Part shown: piece after piece, positions 1 through 8,625 of the stretch
Layout of the letters: each line of letters opens with the position of its first letter
Numbering within the stretch: position 1 is the first letter of the stretch
Source: Candidatus Tayloriibacteriota bacterium
GTDB taxonomy: Bacteria; Patescibacteriota; Minisyncoccia; Phycocordibacterales; PALSA-1337
Direction: 5' to 3'
Length of the DNA stretch: 29,806 nt
Assembly: GCA_037144235.1 (NCBI GenBank)
Contig: JBAWXC010000001.1
Span: forward strand, 1 to 29,806
Made by a program: the position numbers and the translations under genes
The notes under the pieces: model-generated
What the model saw: the letters and a program-made list of their open reading frames with translations, nothing else
Databases searched by the model: none
Told to the model about the DNA's origin: nothing

Positions 1-1692
1 GATTGAAGGAGTAGATGGTTGTGAAGATTGTGCCGCAACATTCTTCAAATCTTTCAAAGAAGAAAGGGTTTTGAATCCTTCTGTGTTGTCAGGCTGTATA
101 GTAGGTGCAGGAATGACCTGTTCGCTCTTTTGAGCAGATGTATTCTGTGGCTCTACTTTTTTTGTGGTATTCAAAACTGACTTCAACGCTGAAGCGATGG
201 CGCTTGATGTTGCTGAGGAAATAACTGCTGTTTTATTTTTTGGTGATGAAACTGATTGTTCTGTCTTTGCTTGAATAGGTGAGGGTTTTGAGATCTTGGT
301 ACTTGTAGTTTCTGGAAGTTTCGGAGATGGAGACTGTGGAGCTGTTACAGAGGCTGGAGCACTGACCAGTGTAGGAGCTGGCTTCTTCGCTGGTGTTGAT
401 TCGTGGAATTTGACGATACCCTCTTCGACTGACGCACGAGCACCTGCGAACTGCTCACGTGATGCAGCAATGATTTCTTTGACGTATGAGATATCTGGAT
501 GAGCAATCGGTGGCAATGTTGTCGCTGAAAATGGTGCTGAACTCAAGCCATCAATCATGAGTTTGAGATAGAGTTGATATTTGCCCAAATTGACGAAATC
601 TTCGATTTCAAACTGTGGTGCAAATTCTTTTTCGAGAGCTTCTGCATCGGTAGCACCGACACGAAATGCGATCATCGTACCGACGTTACCGAACACTGCA
701 GGACGTACGAGTTCATCCATCTGTTCGATGTATTGGTGCGCAATCGTAAGATTGAGTTTATATTTGCGTGCTTCTGAGAGAATATCTGCAAATGAGGCAT
801 TGGCGAAGTTTTGGAATTCATCGACAAAGAGATAGAAGTTCGGTAAGACCTTCATGACACGATCAGGTACATCGGCGCGTGACATAGCAGCGAGATATAT
901 CTTGGTAACCAAGAGACCTCCGAGGAGCTTCATGTTTTCATCACCAATCTTTCCCTTGGACAAGTTGATGATGATGATCTTGCGACTGTCCATCGCCTCA
1001 CGGAAATTGAATGACGACTGTGGTTGGCCAATCATATTTCTGATCAATGGATTGGCTGTGAACTGACCGACTTTGTTCTGGATCGCAGGCACCGCTTCAG
1101 CCGCTTGACGTTCGGTATAACTCGCAAATTCTTTGACCCAAAATGCTTTGACTGAAGGATCTTTGATCTGAGCGACGACTTCATTGCGATACTGTTTGTC
1201 TGACAACATACGGTTCACGCCGAGGAGTGTCGAGCCAGGAGCATCCATGAGTGCGAGAAGTGTGTTAGTGAGAATATACTCCATGCGGGCTGACCACGCA
1301 TCAACCCAAATCTTCTTGAAGGTACTCATGAGTCCTGATACAACGAGATGCTTTTTACTATCATCGACATTTTCGAGCACATTAAAAGAGATAGGATACT
1401 CCACATCAAATGGTGCGATGTATATAACGTCACGAATACGTTCTTTTGGAACATATTCAAGAAGGAGATCTGCGGTCTTTCCGTGAGGATCAATGAAACA
1501 CATTCCCTGTCCGCTCTGTATATCTTGAGCGGCCATATTTTCGAGCAAGGTAGATTTTCCCATACCCGTCTTTCCGATGACATAGACATGGCGAGTACGA
1601 TCTTCGGCTTTTATGCCAAATTTAAGCTTGCGGTTGCGCGCATCTGTTTCCGCAAAATAGGTTATGCGATTGTCATCATGAAATCCTGGCAT
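1..1692 (-). CDS. VirD4/TraG/TrwB-like (DUF87/HerA-FtsK superfamily) P-loop ATPase; 3' end runs off the window
   Basis: Absent from the ORF track because no stop falls in the window. Hand translation from the ATG at 1692 gives MPGFHDDNRITYFAETDARNRKLKFGIKAEDRTRHVYVIGKTGMGKSTLLEN (Walker A) ... LFVDEFQNF (Walker B) ... ILSEARKYKLNLTIAHQY, then a Pro/Ser/Thr-rich tail open to base 1. Confidence 0.9.
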   Translation of the reverse strand, partial: MPGFHDDNRITYFAETDARNRKLKFGIKAEDRTRHVYVIGKTGMGKSTLLENMAAQDIQSGQGMCFIDPHGKTADLLLEYVPKERIRDVIYIAPFDVEYPISFNVLENVDDSKKHLVVSGLMSTFKKIWVDAWSARMEYILTNTLLALMDAPGSTLLGVNRMLSDKQYRNEVVAQIKDPSVKAFWVKEFASYTERQAAEAVPAIQNKVGQFTANPLIRNMIGQPQSSFNFREAMDSRKIIIINLSKGKIGDENMKLLGGLLVTKIYLAAMSRADVPDRVMKVLPNFYLFVDEFQNFANASFADILSEARKYKLNLTIAHQYIEQMDELVRPAVFGNVGTMIAFRVGATDAEALEKEFAPQFEIEDFVNLGKYQLYLKLMIDGLSSAPFSATTLPPIAHPDISYVKEIIAASREQFAGARASVEEGIVKFHESTPAKKPAPTLVSAPASVTAPQSPSPKLPETTSTKISKPSPIQAKTEQSVSSPKNKTAVISSATSSAIASALKSVLNTTKKVEPQNTSAQKSEQVIPAPTIQPDNTEGFKTLSSLKDLKNVAAQSSQPSTPSI

Positions 1693-1701
1693 TTGAGTAT
1701 T

Positions 1702-1710
1702 ATTATACCA
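1702..1710 (-). promoter_or_regulatory. Extended -10 promoter element (TGgTATAAT) for the VirD4-like gene
   Basis: Minus-strand TGGTATAAT ends 9 nt upstream of the ATG at 1692. Confidence 0.65.
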
Positions 1711-1738
1711 TATCCATGGACTTGGAATAGTTGTGAGA

Positions 1739-1864
1739 AAGCCCCTGTACCACATTCGGTCATATGAAGCTCTTCGTTCATTAAATAATATGGCTAAAGA
1801 ATATTCCTAGTTGGTACACTCCCGCTGGGAATGCTTCATATGACCGAATGTGGTACAGGGGCTT
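1739..1864. repeat. 32-bp perfect inverted repeat with a 62-bp spacer
   Basis: AAGCCCCTGTACCACATTCGGTCATATGAAGC (1739-1770) is the exact reverse complement of 1833-1864. Confidence 0.95.
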
Positions 1865-1883
1865 AAACACCTATATACACCTT

Positions 1884-1924
1884 AATAAAAACGGAAACCC
1901 GAGGCGCGTGGTAACGCCTCGGGT
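1884..1924 (-). terminator. Rho-independent terminator downstream of ORF 1939-2214
   Basis: 10-bp GC-rich stem ACCCGAGGCG (1897-1906) / CGCCTCGGGT (1915-1924) with an 8-nt loop, followed on the minus strand by TTCCGTTTTTATT. Confidence 0.8.
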
Positions 1925-1938
1925 CAAACGGTCAAAAG

Positions 1939-2214
1939 TTATACCATGACTCGGCGATCGAGGAAGATCTGATCGCGAGGATCACGCGGCTGCACGTGCA
2001 ACCTGCTCGTTGACGCCTGCCGGGAGGCGTTGATTTTTTCGATGATATGCGGAGGAAGTTGGAATTTGCCCTGACGGAAGAGGACCAATTCCTGACGCGT
2101 AGCGAAGTGGTATCCGTGCTGGATCGCTTCAGCGACTTTCTTGCATTCATCTGAACCAACAATGGGAACTTGCTCACCATTGTCGCCAACTGTTACTTTC
2201 AGTTTCGATGCCAT
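1939..2214 (-). CDS. Hypothetical protein (91 aa)
   Basis: ATG start, AT-rich upstream region and a dedicated terminator directly downstream. No family recognised. Confidence 0.6.
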   Translation of the reverse strand: MASKLKVTVGDNGEQVPIVGSDECKKVAEAIQHGYHFATRQELVLFRQGKFQLPPHIIEKINASRQASTSRLHVQPRDPRDQIFLDRRVMV

Positions 2215-2366
2215 AACTTTATATGTTTTATTTTTTCAACTGCGAACTGCAACTTTATTTACAAACGGCATCCCAATATCCATTGGGCGTCGTATATGTT
2301 CAAGAAAAATGCTACCACTCATATATAAGATATGCAAGGGCTATCTGTGCGTATCACAGCTGCGCA

Positions 2367-3623
2367 TTATTTACGTACTGTTGTAGATGTCGCGGAAGAT
2401 CCTGCCCCAAGTAAATAGTCTTTTTTGTACACACTGGCAGCATTCCAGATCATCCAACTGGTCAGTCCTGAATCGTAGGTTGCTTTCATCTGCGCACGAA
2501 CCATATCCGGTGTGTAAACTGTACCGAGATCAAACGCTTGAATCCATGTACGCAACTTGAGAGGAGATGTTGAAGCAGTTACTGCACGCTCAACTGCCCT
2601 ACTCATAGAAGACAGGACGACTTCATAAGGATGCTTTGCGGGTTCGGCGAAACCATTAAATCCTTTTGCAAAATGAGATGGATACACCATCGGAGCTACA
2701 TAATCGAAATATGGAAATGTATTTTCGAGGACCTGACCAATGCCCATATCATCAAGAGCACTTGTTGTAAGACCGAATAAATCGGCCGAAGTGACTATGT
2801 GTGTTTTCGATTGAACAACAGTTGATGTTCCCTGTGTTACTAGAGACGGATCAAGATTGTCATGAAGGTACACAAAGAATTCTTTCAAAATAGATGCTTT
2901 GATTGATGAGGCGGTATGAGGAATCAACATATCAGACAACACACCATCAGATGGGAAACGAATATAATCAAAGTTAATCTCATCAAAACCGATATCATAC
3001 GCTTCACGACTCATAGCGACCACATGATCCCAATATGCTCGTGCTCCTGGATATATATATGCCAAACCATGTGTATCTTTCCACGTCATGCCTGGATGAG
3101 ACTTGCTCTGTATAGCCACATCTATATGTTGTGATGCATACAAAGGATCCTGGAATGTTGTGATACGAGCTATTGTATACAAACCAAATCCATGTAATTC
3201 AGCGATAAACTCTGGTAGATCAGTGATGCGACACCCCTTTCCGGCAGATTGAGGAGATTGCAACGTCGTCGAAGCATAGGAAATAGTACCGGTATAATCT
3301 TTGTAATCGATTACGATTGAATTGATCTCCGTATCACGGATAACTGCAAACACTTTGTCTCGAAGACGTTTCTCAGAAGCAATGCATGCGGTCATGTATA
3401 TCGCTTTGACTGCACGAGGTGTCTCTCTATGAATAACAACTATTGGTTCTTGCTTTATTGGAGTAGATGATCCAGTCACACTACTATCTTGTTCCAAAGA
3501 AAAAGAAATGCGTCCAAATGGCAATAAACATGCGAGCATATACACTCCACCGAGTACTATGCATGTAAGCACAACGAGTGTGAACAGTTTTGTAGCACCA
3601 TGTTCCCACACACGAGAGATCAT
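2367..3623 (-). CDS. Putative glycoside hydrolase, DUF4015-like TIM barrel with N-terminal membrane anchor
   Basis: Motifs NSIVIDYKDYTG, YTIARITTFQDP, GFDEINFDYIRFP, ADLFG, APMVYPSHF, LRTWIQAF and WMIWNAASVY. ATGA overlap with the upstream gene at 3620-3623. Confidence 0.8.
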   Translation of the reverse strand: MISRVWEHGATKLFTLVVLTCIVLGGVYMLACLLPFGRISFSLEQDSSVTGSSTPIKQEPIVVIHRETPRAVKAIYMTACIASEKRLRDKVFAVIRDTEINSIVIDYKDYTGTISYASTTLQSPQSAGKGCRITDLPEFIAELHGFGLYTIARITTFQDPLYASQHIDVAIQSKSHPGMTWKDTHGLAYIYPGARAYWDHVVAMSREAYDIGFDEINFDYIRFPSDGVLSDMLIPHTASSIKASILKEFFVYLHDNLDPSLVTQGTSTVVQSKTHIVTSADLFGLTTSALDDMGIGQVLENTFPYFDYVAPMVYPSHFAKGFNGFAEPAKHPYEVVLSSMSRAVERAVTASTSPLKLRTWIQAFDLGTVYTPDMVRAQMKATYDSGLTSWMIWNAASVYKKDYLLGAGSSATSTTVRK

Positions 3624-3919
3624 GTTGTCATCGAATGATCAGTGCCAGTAATAGGAGTATCAGTAGGTTTGTCTGCAGGAATAGGTTGGATCTCGGATAT
3701 AGCTGACGACTCAACTTTTTGTGATGGTGATTTGTGTTCAACAAATGGAACTGCGGATTCATCGGTAGTCTTTGCAATAGGAGCTGTACGATACGCCATG
3801 ATGACAATAACCAATCCTGTTATAACAGCGAATACCTGTTCCCATGCGAGAGAAAAACCGAGAAATAAAAAGGCTATAACCCATACACCAATAAGCATTG
3901 TGATTTGTCTGTGTGACAT
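3620..3919 (-). CDS. Small two-TM membrane protein with a Pro/Thr/Ser-rich tail
   Basis: Two hydrophobic segments (MLIGVWVIAFLFLG; VFAVITGLVIVIMAY). Start placed at ATG 3919 because TATAAT lies 9 nt upstream; the track start is 3943. Confidence 0.7.
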   Translation of the reverse strand: MSHRQITMLIGVWVIAFLFLGFSLAWEQVFAVITGLVIVIMAYRTAPIAKTTDESAVPFVEHKSPSQKVESSAISEIQPIPADKPTDTPITGTDHSMTT

Positions 3920-3928
3920 AGTACATCC

Positions 3929-3951
3929 ATTATAGCGTGTCATGGTAGAAT
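3929..3951. promoter_or_regulatory. Back-to-back divergent -10 elements
   Basis: Minus-strand TATAAT at 3929-3934; plus-strand TGgTAGAAT at 3943-3951, followed by an AGAGGA SD-like motif before ATG 3969. Confidence 0.55.
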
Positions 3952-3968
3952 AATGCTAGAGGAAATAT

Positions 3969-4400
3969 ATGTTCACCAAAAAAATCAGCTCTGTTCCCCT
4001 CACTCGGGACGAGCTTACACGATTCTCTTCGACGCAAGAAGAGATCGTTGCCCGGATCACCACCTGCAACCAAGATTGGTATGCGGGACATGTGTATCGC
4101 ATGGGGATATTGCGTGAGTTTTTCTATATCGTTTTAGAATTACCCTACCACTATCACCCGTCCGAACACATTTCCAAAACGGGATCATGCTCCCCTGCAT
4201 TGTTTTCAAATGAAGACATCGCTATCCGCAAAGTGCCCTATCGAAAACGATTCACACTCTTTTTCACAGACACATTACGGATCGTGACACCCAATACACC
4301 ACCAGAAATACTGGTGTTTCACTCACACACCGAACGGATCGTGTGCTCAAAACGAATTATTGACATCGAGTCAATCAAACGAATCGTCAGCTTCACCTAA
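3969..4400 (+). CDS. Hypothetical protein (143 aa)
   Basis: Preceded by an extended -10 and an SD-like motif, and followed by a terminator hairpin. No family recognised. Confidence 0.65.
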   Translation: MFTKKISSVPLTRDELTRFSSTQEEIVARITTCNQDWYAGHVYRMGILREFFYIVLELPYHYHPSEHISKTGSCSPALFSNEDIAIRKVPYRKRFTLFFTDTLRIVTPNTPPEILVFHSHTERIVCSKRIIDIESIKRIVSFT

Positions 4401-4434
4401 CCACATTGTATATATACGATGTGGTTACTTTTTT
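4398..4434 (+). terminator. Intrinsic terminator between convergent genes
   Basis: 13-bp stem TAACCACATTGTA / TACGATGTGGTTA (one G-U pair), 4-nt loop, then CTTTTTT. Confidence 0.75.
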
Positions 4435-5125
4435 ATGAGACAATCACTACAAATTCGCCTTTTATTTTATCTGGATGTAATTCAAAATAGGCACGAATTT
4501 CTTGCGCTGTACCAGCAACGGTCTCTTCAAATATTTTTGTAAGTTCACGACATACGGTCACCTTTTTTGTATCACGGACATGTTCAATAAGTGATTCGAT
4601 CGTCTTCATGATTCTATGTGGTGATTCATAAAAAACCATCGTACGTTCTGCAGAAGCTATTTCCTTGAATAACGTCTCTCTTCCCTTTTTATGTGGCAAA
4701 AAACCAAGAAAGGTAAAATCTGCACACGAAACCCCAGCGATCGACAATGCGGTTGTCACTGCTGATGGTCCTGGAATACCTTCTATCTTCAATTCACCAG
4801 AGTCTATTTCTACTTTCAATTCTTGACGAATAATTCTCACCAGTTCACTCCCTGGATCTGATATACCTGGAGTGCCTGCATCAGAAACGAGAGATACATG
4901 TTTCCCTTCTTTGAGTAATGAAATGATTTCTTCTACGCGAGATATTTCACTATGCATATGATACGACTTGGTCGGTACTGAAATAGCGTGACGATCGAGG
5001 AGTCGTTTGGTCATGCGAGTATCTTCACACAAGACGACATCCGAAGTAGCGAGCACTTTCAACGCTCGAAGTGTGATGTCTTCGAGGTTGCCGATAGGAG
5101 TTGCGATTACTGAAAATAAAGCCAT
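4433..5125 (-). CDS. rsmI: 16S rRNA (cytidine1402-2'-O)-methyltransferase
   Basis: ATPIGNLEDITLRAL, CEDTR, LVSDAGTPGISDPG, FLGFLP, FYESPHR, CRELTKIFEE and KGEFVVIV. Confidence 0.97.
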   Translation of the reverse strand: MALFSVIATPIGNLEDITLRALKVLATSDVVLCEDTRMTKRLLDRHAISVPTKSYHMHSEISRVEEIISLLKEGKHVSLVSDAGTPGISDPGSELVRIIRQELKVEIDSGELKIEGIPGPSAVTTALSIAGVSCADFTFLGFLPHKKGRETLFKEIASAERTMVFYESPHRIMKTIESLIEHVRDTKKVTVCRELTKIFEETVAGTAQEIRAYFELHPDKIKGEFVVIVS

Positions 5126-5137
5126 GGGAATACACTA

Positions 5138-5362
5138 CTACTCTTCGCCCACAAAAACAAACCTCGGAACTTTTATCCCGTTCACCTCTACTTCTTCAAG
5201 AAACATACGTTCTGGTCGGACCCATGCTTTTGAAATAGGATTCTCATACTGAGCTTCATAGACGACCATATCCTCGAGTGTCTCTGAGTGTTTCGCATTA
5301 GCAATAACTCGATATAACGTACCTTTCTTGGAGTGTTTATATATGCCGAGACGAATAGCCAT
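5138..5362 (-). CDS. DUF1653 domain protein
   Basis: GIYKHSKKGTLYRV...AKHSETLEDMVVYEAQY...WVRPERMFLEEV...VPRF is the characteristic pattern. Confidence 0.9.
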   Translation of the reverse strand: MAIRLGIYKHSKKGTLYRVIANAKHSETLEDMVVYEAQYENPISKAWVRPERMFLEEVEVNGIKVPRFVFVGEE

Positions 5363-5368
5363 AACAAA

Positions 5369-5421
5369 ATTATAACACGTGCTGTATTCGACTTTGCACT
5401 TTTAGCTATAAACTGTAAACT
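5369..5421. promoter_or_regulatory. Divergent sigma70-type promoters (DUF1653-rsmI leftward, ATP-grasp operon rightward)
   Basis: Minus-strand TGtTATAAT at 5369-5377, 6 nt before ATG 5362. Plus-strand TTGCAC (5394-5399)-N16-TAAACT (5416-5421), 6 nt before ATG 5428. Confidence 0.6.
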
Positions 5422-5427
5422 ACTTAC

Positions 5428-6627
5428 ATGAAACCTATCACCTATATTACCCGCGATATTGAACGTGCTCTTGGCGTGAAGCCATCTGCTACGTATCATA
5501 TCGTTACCAATACTTGTCCGTATTCCGAAGAAATAAAGAAGCAATACCCTGATTTGGTGACCCTGATTCCCGCTTCTACAAAATCACTCGGCACCGCTGA
5601 TCTGATCACTCAATACAAAGAAATCCACAAACCTGACGTGTCTGCATCTGATCTTCTTGTCTTCAAAAATACGGGCCGTGTCGAACCTGTCGCACAAGGA
5701 GCTGGTTGGCATCTCCTCAATCCAAAGGCATCTCTCGCAGATACGATCGAAAACAAACTCACTCAGGTTGAATGGCTCGGTGAACTCGGTAAAACATATC
5801 TCCCACGACATGCAATTGTAGAAGTCAAAAATCTTACGTGGACCAAAGAACCTTTCATCATCCAATGGAATCATGGATACACTGGCGGTGGTACACTCCT
5901 CATCAGTTCAGAACAAGAACTTCAAGCAATCAAACAAAAGTTTCCAATGCGCGTTGCACGTCGTACTGATTTTATTCGTGGTCCATCGTTTACCGTGAAT
6001 GTCGTTGTTGCGGCAAACAAAATTCTTGTTGGAAATATCAGTTATCAAATCACCGGAACACTTCCTTTTACAGACAATATGTTCTCAACCGTAGGCAATG
6101 ACTGGGGTCTCACTCATAGCCTCCTCAATGAAGAAGAAGTTGGCTATATCCAAGAGATGGCACACAAGATTGGTACCAAGATGAATATTGCAGGATGGCG
6201 TGGATTGTTCGGTATAGATGTGATTCGCGACGATGATAATAACAAAATATACCTGATAGAAATAAACGCTCGCCAACCAGCTTCAACAACTTTCGAATCA
6301 TTCTTGCAAGAAGAAAATCGTCGCCACGGTGTCACAGGAATCACCACATTTGAAGCTCATCTCAAAGCATTGCAAGGTCAGACTATTTCTGATGATCTCA
6401 TCCTCATCAATGACGGCGCACAAATCATACAACGTATCACCGCACAGACAACTTCTATTGTTCCTCAAAAAATAGCCGACCTCAATTCCAACGGATACAT
6501 CACCATATCGTACGCAAATACCATGATCAAAGAAGACCTCCTCCGTATCCAAAGTATGCAAGGCATCATGGAAACTCACACAAAATTCAATGCCCGGGGA
6601 AAGAAAATTCTTGATATACTTTCCTAA
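5428..6627 (+). CDS. ATP-grasp domain carboxylate-amine ligase of unknown specificity
   Basis: ENKLTQVEWL, PFIIQWNHGYTGGGT, FIRGPSFTVN, GWRGLFGIDVI and IYLIEINARQ (E-x-N-x-R metal/ATP motif). Confidence 0.88.
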   Translation: MKPITYITRDIERALGVKPSATYHIVTNTCPYSEEIKKQYPDLVTLIPASTKSLGTADLITQYKEIHKPDVSASDLLVFKNTGRVEPVAQGAGWHLLNPKASLADTIENKLTQVEWLGELGKTYLPRHAIVEVKNLTWTKEPFIIQWNHGYTGGGTLLISSEQELQAIKQKFPMRVARRTDFIRGPSFTVNVVVAANKILVGNISYQITGTLPFTDNMFSTVGNDWGLTHSLLNEEEVGYIQEMAHKIGTKMNIAGWRGLFGIDVIRDDDNNKIYLIEINARQPASTTFESFLQEENRRHGVTGITTFEAHLKALQGQTISDDLILINDGAQIIQRITAQTTSIVPQKIADLNSNGYITISYANTMIKEDLLRIQSMQGIMETHTKFNARGKKILDILS

Positions 6628-6635
6628 TACTATAT

Positions 6636-7406
6636 ATGAGTACTATTACCCTTTCGCCACAGGCACTTTCTATTATCGAAAAATATCTCCATTTTCAAGT
6701 TGGATCTGCTGTATGTTCTATTCCCTATTTCAACAACAAAACACTACGTTCACGCGCAGGACTTCGTGCATTGATCGGCAAAGGTAGTATCAAAGATATC
6801 ACCGATGAAGTTCACGCCTTCATGGTCAAACAACACATCTCACCTGAAACCATTTCAAGTGAAAGTCTCAAGAAATTACTCGTCGATATGAAGATTGGTA
6901 TCGATTGTTCTGCATTCACGTATTACGTTCTCGATGCAGAATTGGCACAAACACAACGAGGTTCACTTAAGTCACGCATTCATTTTATTCACAGCACAGG
7001 TATTATCGGCAACATACGTACTATGATGAGACCTATCGAAAATTGCGACGTGGCAACATTCGCTGATGATTCCAATAGTTCAATCGTTCCTATTTCTGAA
7101 GTCAAACCAGGAAACATGATCACTATGCTCGGTGGGCCAGATAGCATGAATCGTGATCATATTCTCGTCATTCATGCAGTTGATATACACGAAAACATTC
7201 CTCAAAAAATCTATTACTCACATACCATGGCATATCCAGAAGATGGTGTGTACGGCACAGGCATCAAACAAGGAACAATTTCAATTACTGATCCTGCGAA
7301 AGATATTATTGATCAAGAGTGGAATGAAAATGGAAAACATGGCATTGATCTTCCCCTCTTCACACGAGCACAAAAGTCTACCACTCAGCTCCGAAGACTA
7401 AAATAA
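6636..7406 (+). CDS. NlpC/P60 (papain-like) superfamily peptidase/amidase-like protein
   Basis: IPYF...GIDCSAFTYYVL (candidate catalytic Cys, codon 6906-6908) and downstream DHILVIH, in the order expected for NlpC/P60. No signal peptide seen. Confidence 0.65.
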   Translation: MSTITLSPQALSIIEKYLHFQVGSAVCSIPYFNNKTLRSRAGLRALIGKGSIKDITDEVHAFMVKQHISPETISSESLKKLLVDMKIGIDCSAFTYYVLDAELAQTQRGSLKSRIHFIHSTGIIGNIRTMMRPIENCDVATFADDSNSSIVPISEVKPGNMITMLGGPDSMNRDHILVIHAVDIHENIPQKIYYSHTMAYPEDGVYGTGIKQGTISITDPAKDIIDQEWNENGKHGIDLPLFTRAQKSTTQLRRLK

Positions 7407-7433
7407 TAAGAGACGGAAATATCCCCGTATTCC

Positions 7434-7463
7434 TTGTTTCAGGCCTTATTTTCATGCTATTCT
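7434..7463 (+). promoter_or_regulatory. Promoter for mraY (TTGTTT-N18-TATTCT with TG extension)
   Basis: TGcTATTCT at 7455-7463 ends 6 nt before ATG 7470. Confidence 0.55.
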
Positions 7464-7469
7464 GTATAC

Positions 7470-8624
7470 ATGATAACTATCCTTCAAGGAACAGCTGATT
7501 TGGCTTATATTCTCGGTTTTTCCCTGATCGGGGCTGTTGTTGGTTTTCTCTGGGCACCACTTCTCAACCGAGTATTGTACAAATACAACATTATCAAAGG
7601 AGCAAAATCTGAACTCTCAGCTCTTGGTTCTCATGCTTACAAAGCAAATACCCCCGTCATGGGAGGTCTCTTGGTTATCATCACCGTCGCGGTCATTACG
7701 TATTTCTTGAATTGGAATCGCAGTTTTACATTCGTACCTGTCGGCGTGATGCTCTTGTCAGCCGCATTGGGTGCATTTGATGATCTTCTCCACATATATG
7801 GCTCTGAACGTCATTCTCGAAAACTCAAACATGTCTGGGCACTCATTCGAGTCCACAAAGATCTCAAGATGCGCATCTGGTATAGCTTCACATTACCATG
7901 GACTGTATTCAAGAGACTCTCAGTCTGGTTTGGTTCACGTCCCGGAAAAGGAGTATTTGTTCACGAAAAACTCATCCTTCAGTTTATTGCTGGATCACTC
8001 ACTGCATGGTGGATTTATGCCAAACTCGGACCTGCATGGCATTTTATTTATTTCCCTCATTTTTATATATTAGGCAACCTCGTTGGATTTGCTGACTGGA
8101 ATGCAGGATGGTTCATCATTCCTATTATCATTTTTATCGTCATGTTCACCGCAAATGCAGTTAACATTGCAGATGGTATGGATGGTCTTGCGGGAGGTAT
8201 GCTCATCATCACCTTTAGTGCACTCACACTCCTTTCATGGATCAACGGCTTTGGTGAAATTGCTATTTTGAACGCAACCACGGTTGGTGCACTGGTGGCG
8301 TATACGTATTTCAATATCAAACCTGCCCGCTTTATGATGGGAGATGTTGGCTCTCTAGGACTTGGTGCTCTTCTCGCCGTCAATGCAATGGCTATCGGGG
8401 AAGTAAGTTCCCTCTTATTCCTCGTCTTTATGTTCTATATCGAAGCTTTTTCAGTTGTTATACAAGTATTTTCAAAATACACATTCGGTCGTCGCATCTT
8501 CCGCATGGCACCACTTCATCACCACTTTGAACTCAAGGGCTGGAGTGAAGAAAAGACCGTCATGCGTTTCTGGGTAACTCATTTCTTGTTCGTCGTCTTT
8601 GGATTCTGGCTCGCTCTCCACTAA
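7470..8624 (+). CDS. mraY: Phospho-N-acetylmuramoyl-pentapeptide transferase
   Basis: HAYKANTPVMGG, GAFDD, NAVNIADGMDGL, MGDVGS and MAPLHHHFELKGWSEEK, with about ten hydrophobic helices. Start at ATG 7470 preferred over the TTG at 7434. Confidence 0.95.
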   Translation: MITILQGTADLAYILGFSLIGAVVGFLWAPLLNRVLYKYNIIKGAKSELSALGSHAYKANTPVMGGLLVIITVAVITYFLNWNRSFTFVPVGVMLLSAALGAFDDLLHIYGSERHSRKLKHVWALIRVHKDLKMRIWYSFTLPWTVFKRLSVWFGSRPGKGVFVHEKLILQFIAGSLTAWWIYAKLGPAWHFIYFPHFYILGNLVGFADWNAGWFIIPIIIFIVMFTANAVNIADGMDGLAGGMLIITFSALTLLSWINGFGEIAILNATTVGALVAYTYFNIKPARFMMGDVGSLGLGALLAVNAMAIGEVSSLLFLVFMFYIEAFSVVIQVFSKYTFGRRIFRMAPLHHHFELKGWSEEKTVMRFWVTHFLFVVFGFWLALH

Positions 8625-8625
8625 T

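Noticed and set aside
296-1767. Several plus-strand ORFs in the track (296-502, 574-777, 581-835, 854-1066, 1184-1486, 1348-1767) and minus-strand 1326-1589
   Set aside because: They are shadows of the real minus-strand VirD4-like gene (1-1692), which the track omits.
2270-2291. Small hairpin CCCAAT-ATCC-ATTGGG upstream of ORF 1939-2214
   Set aside because: Only a 6-bp core with no U-tract, which is expected by chance.
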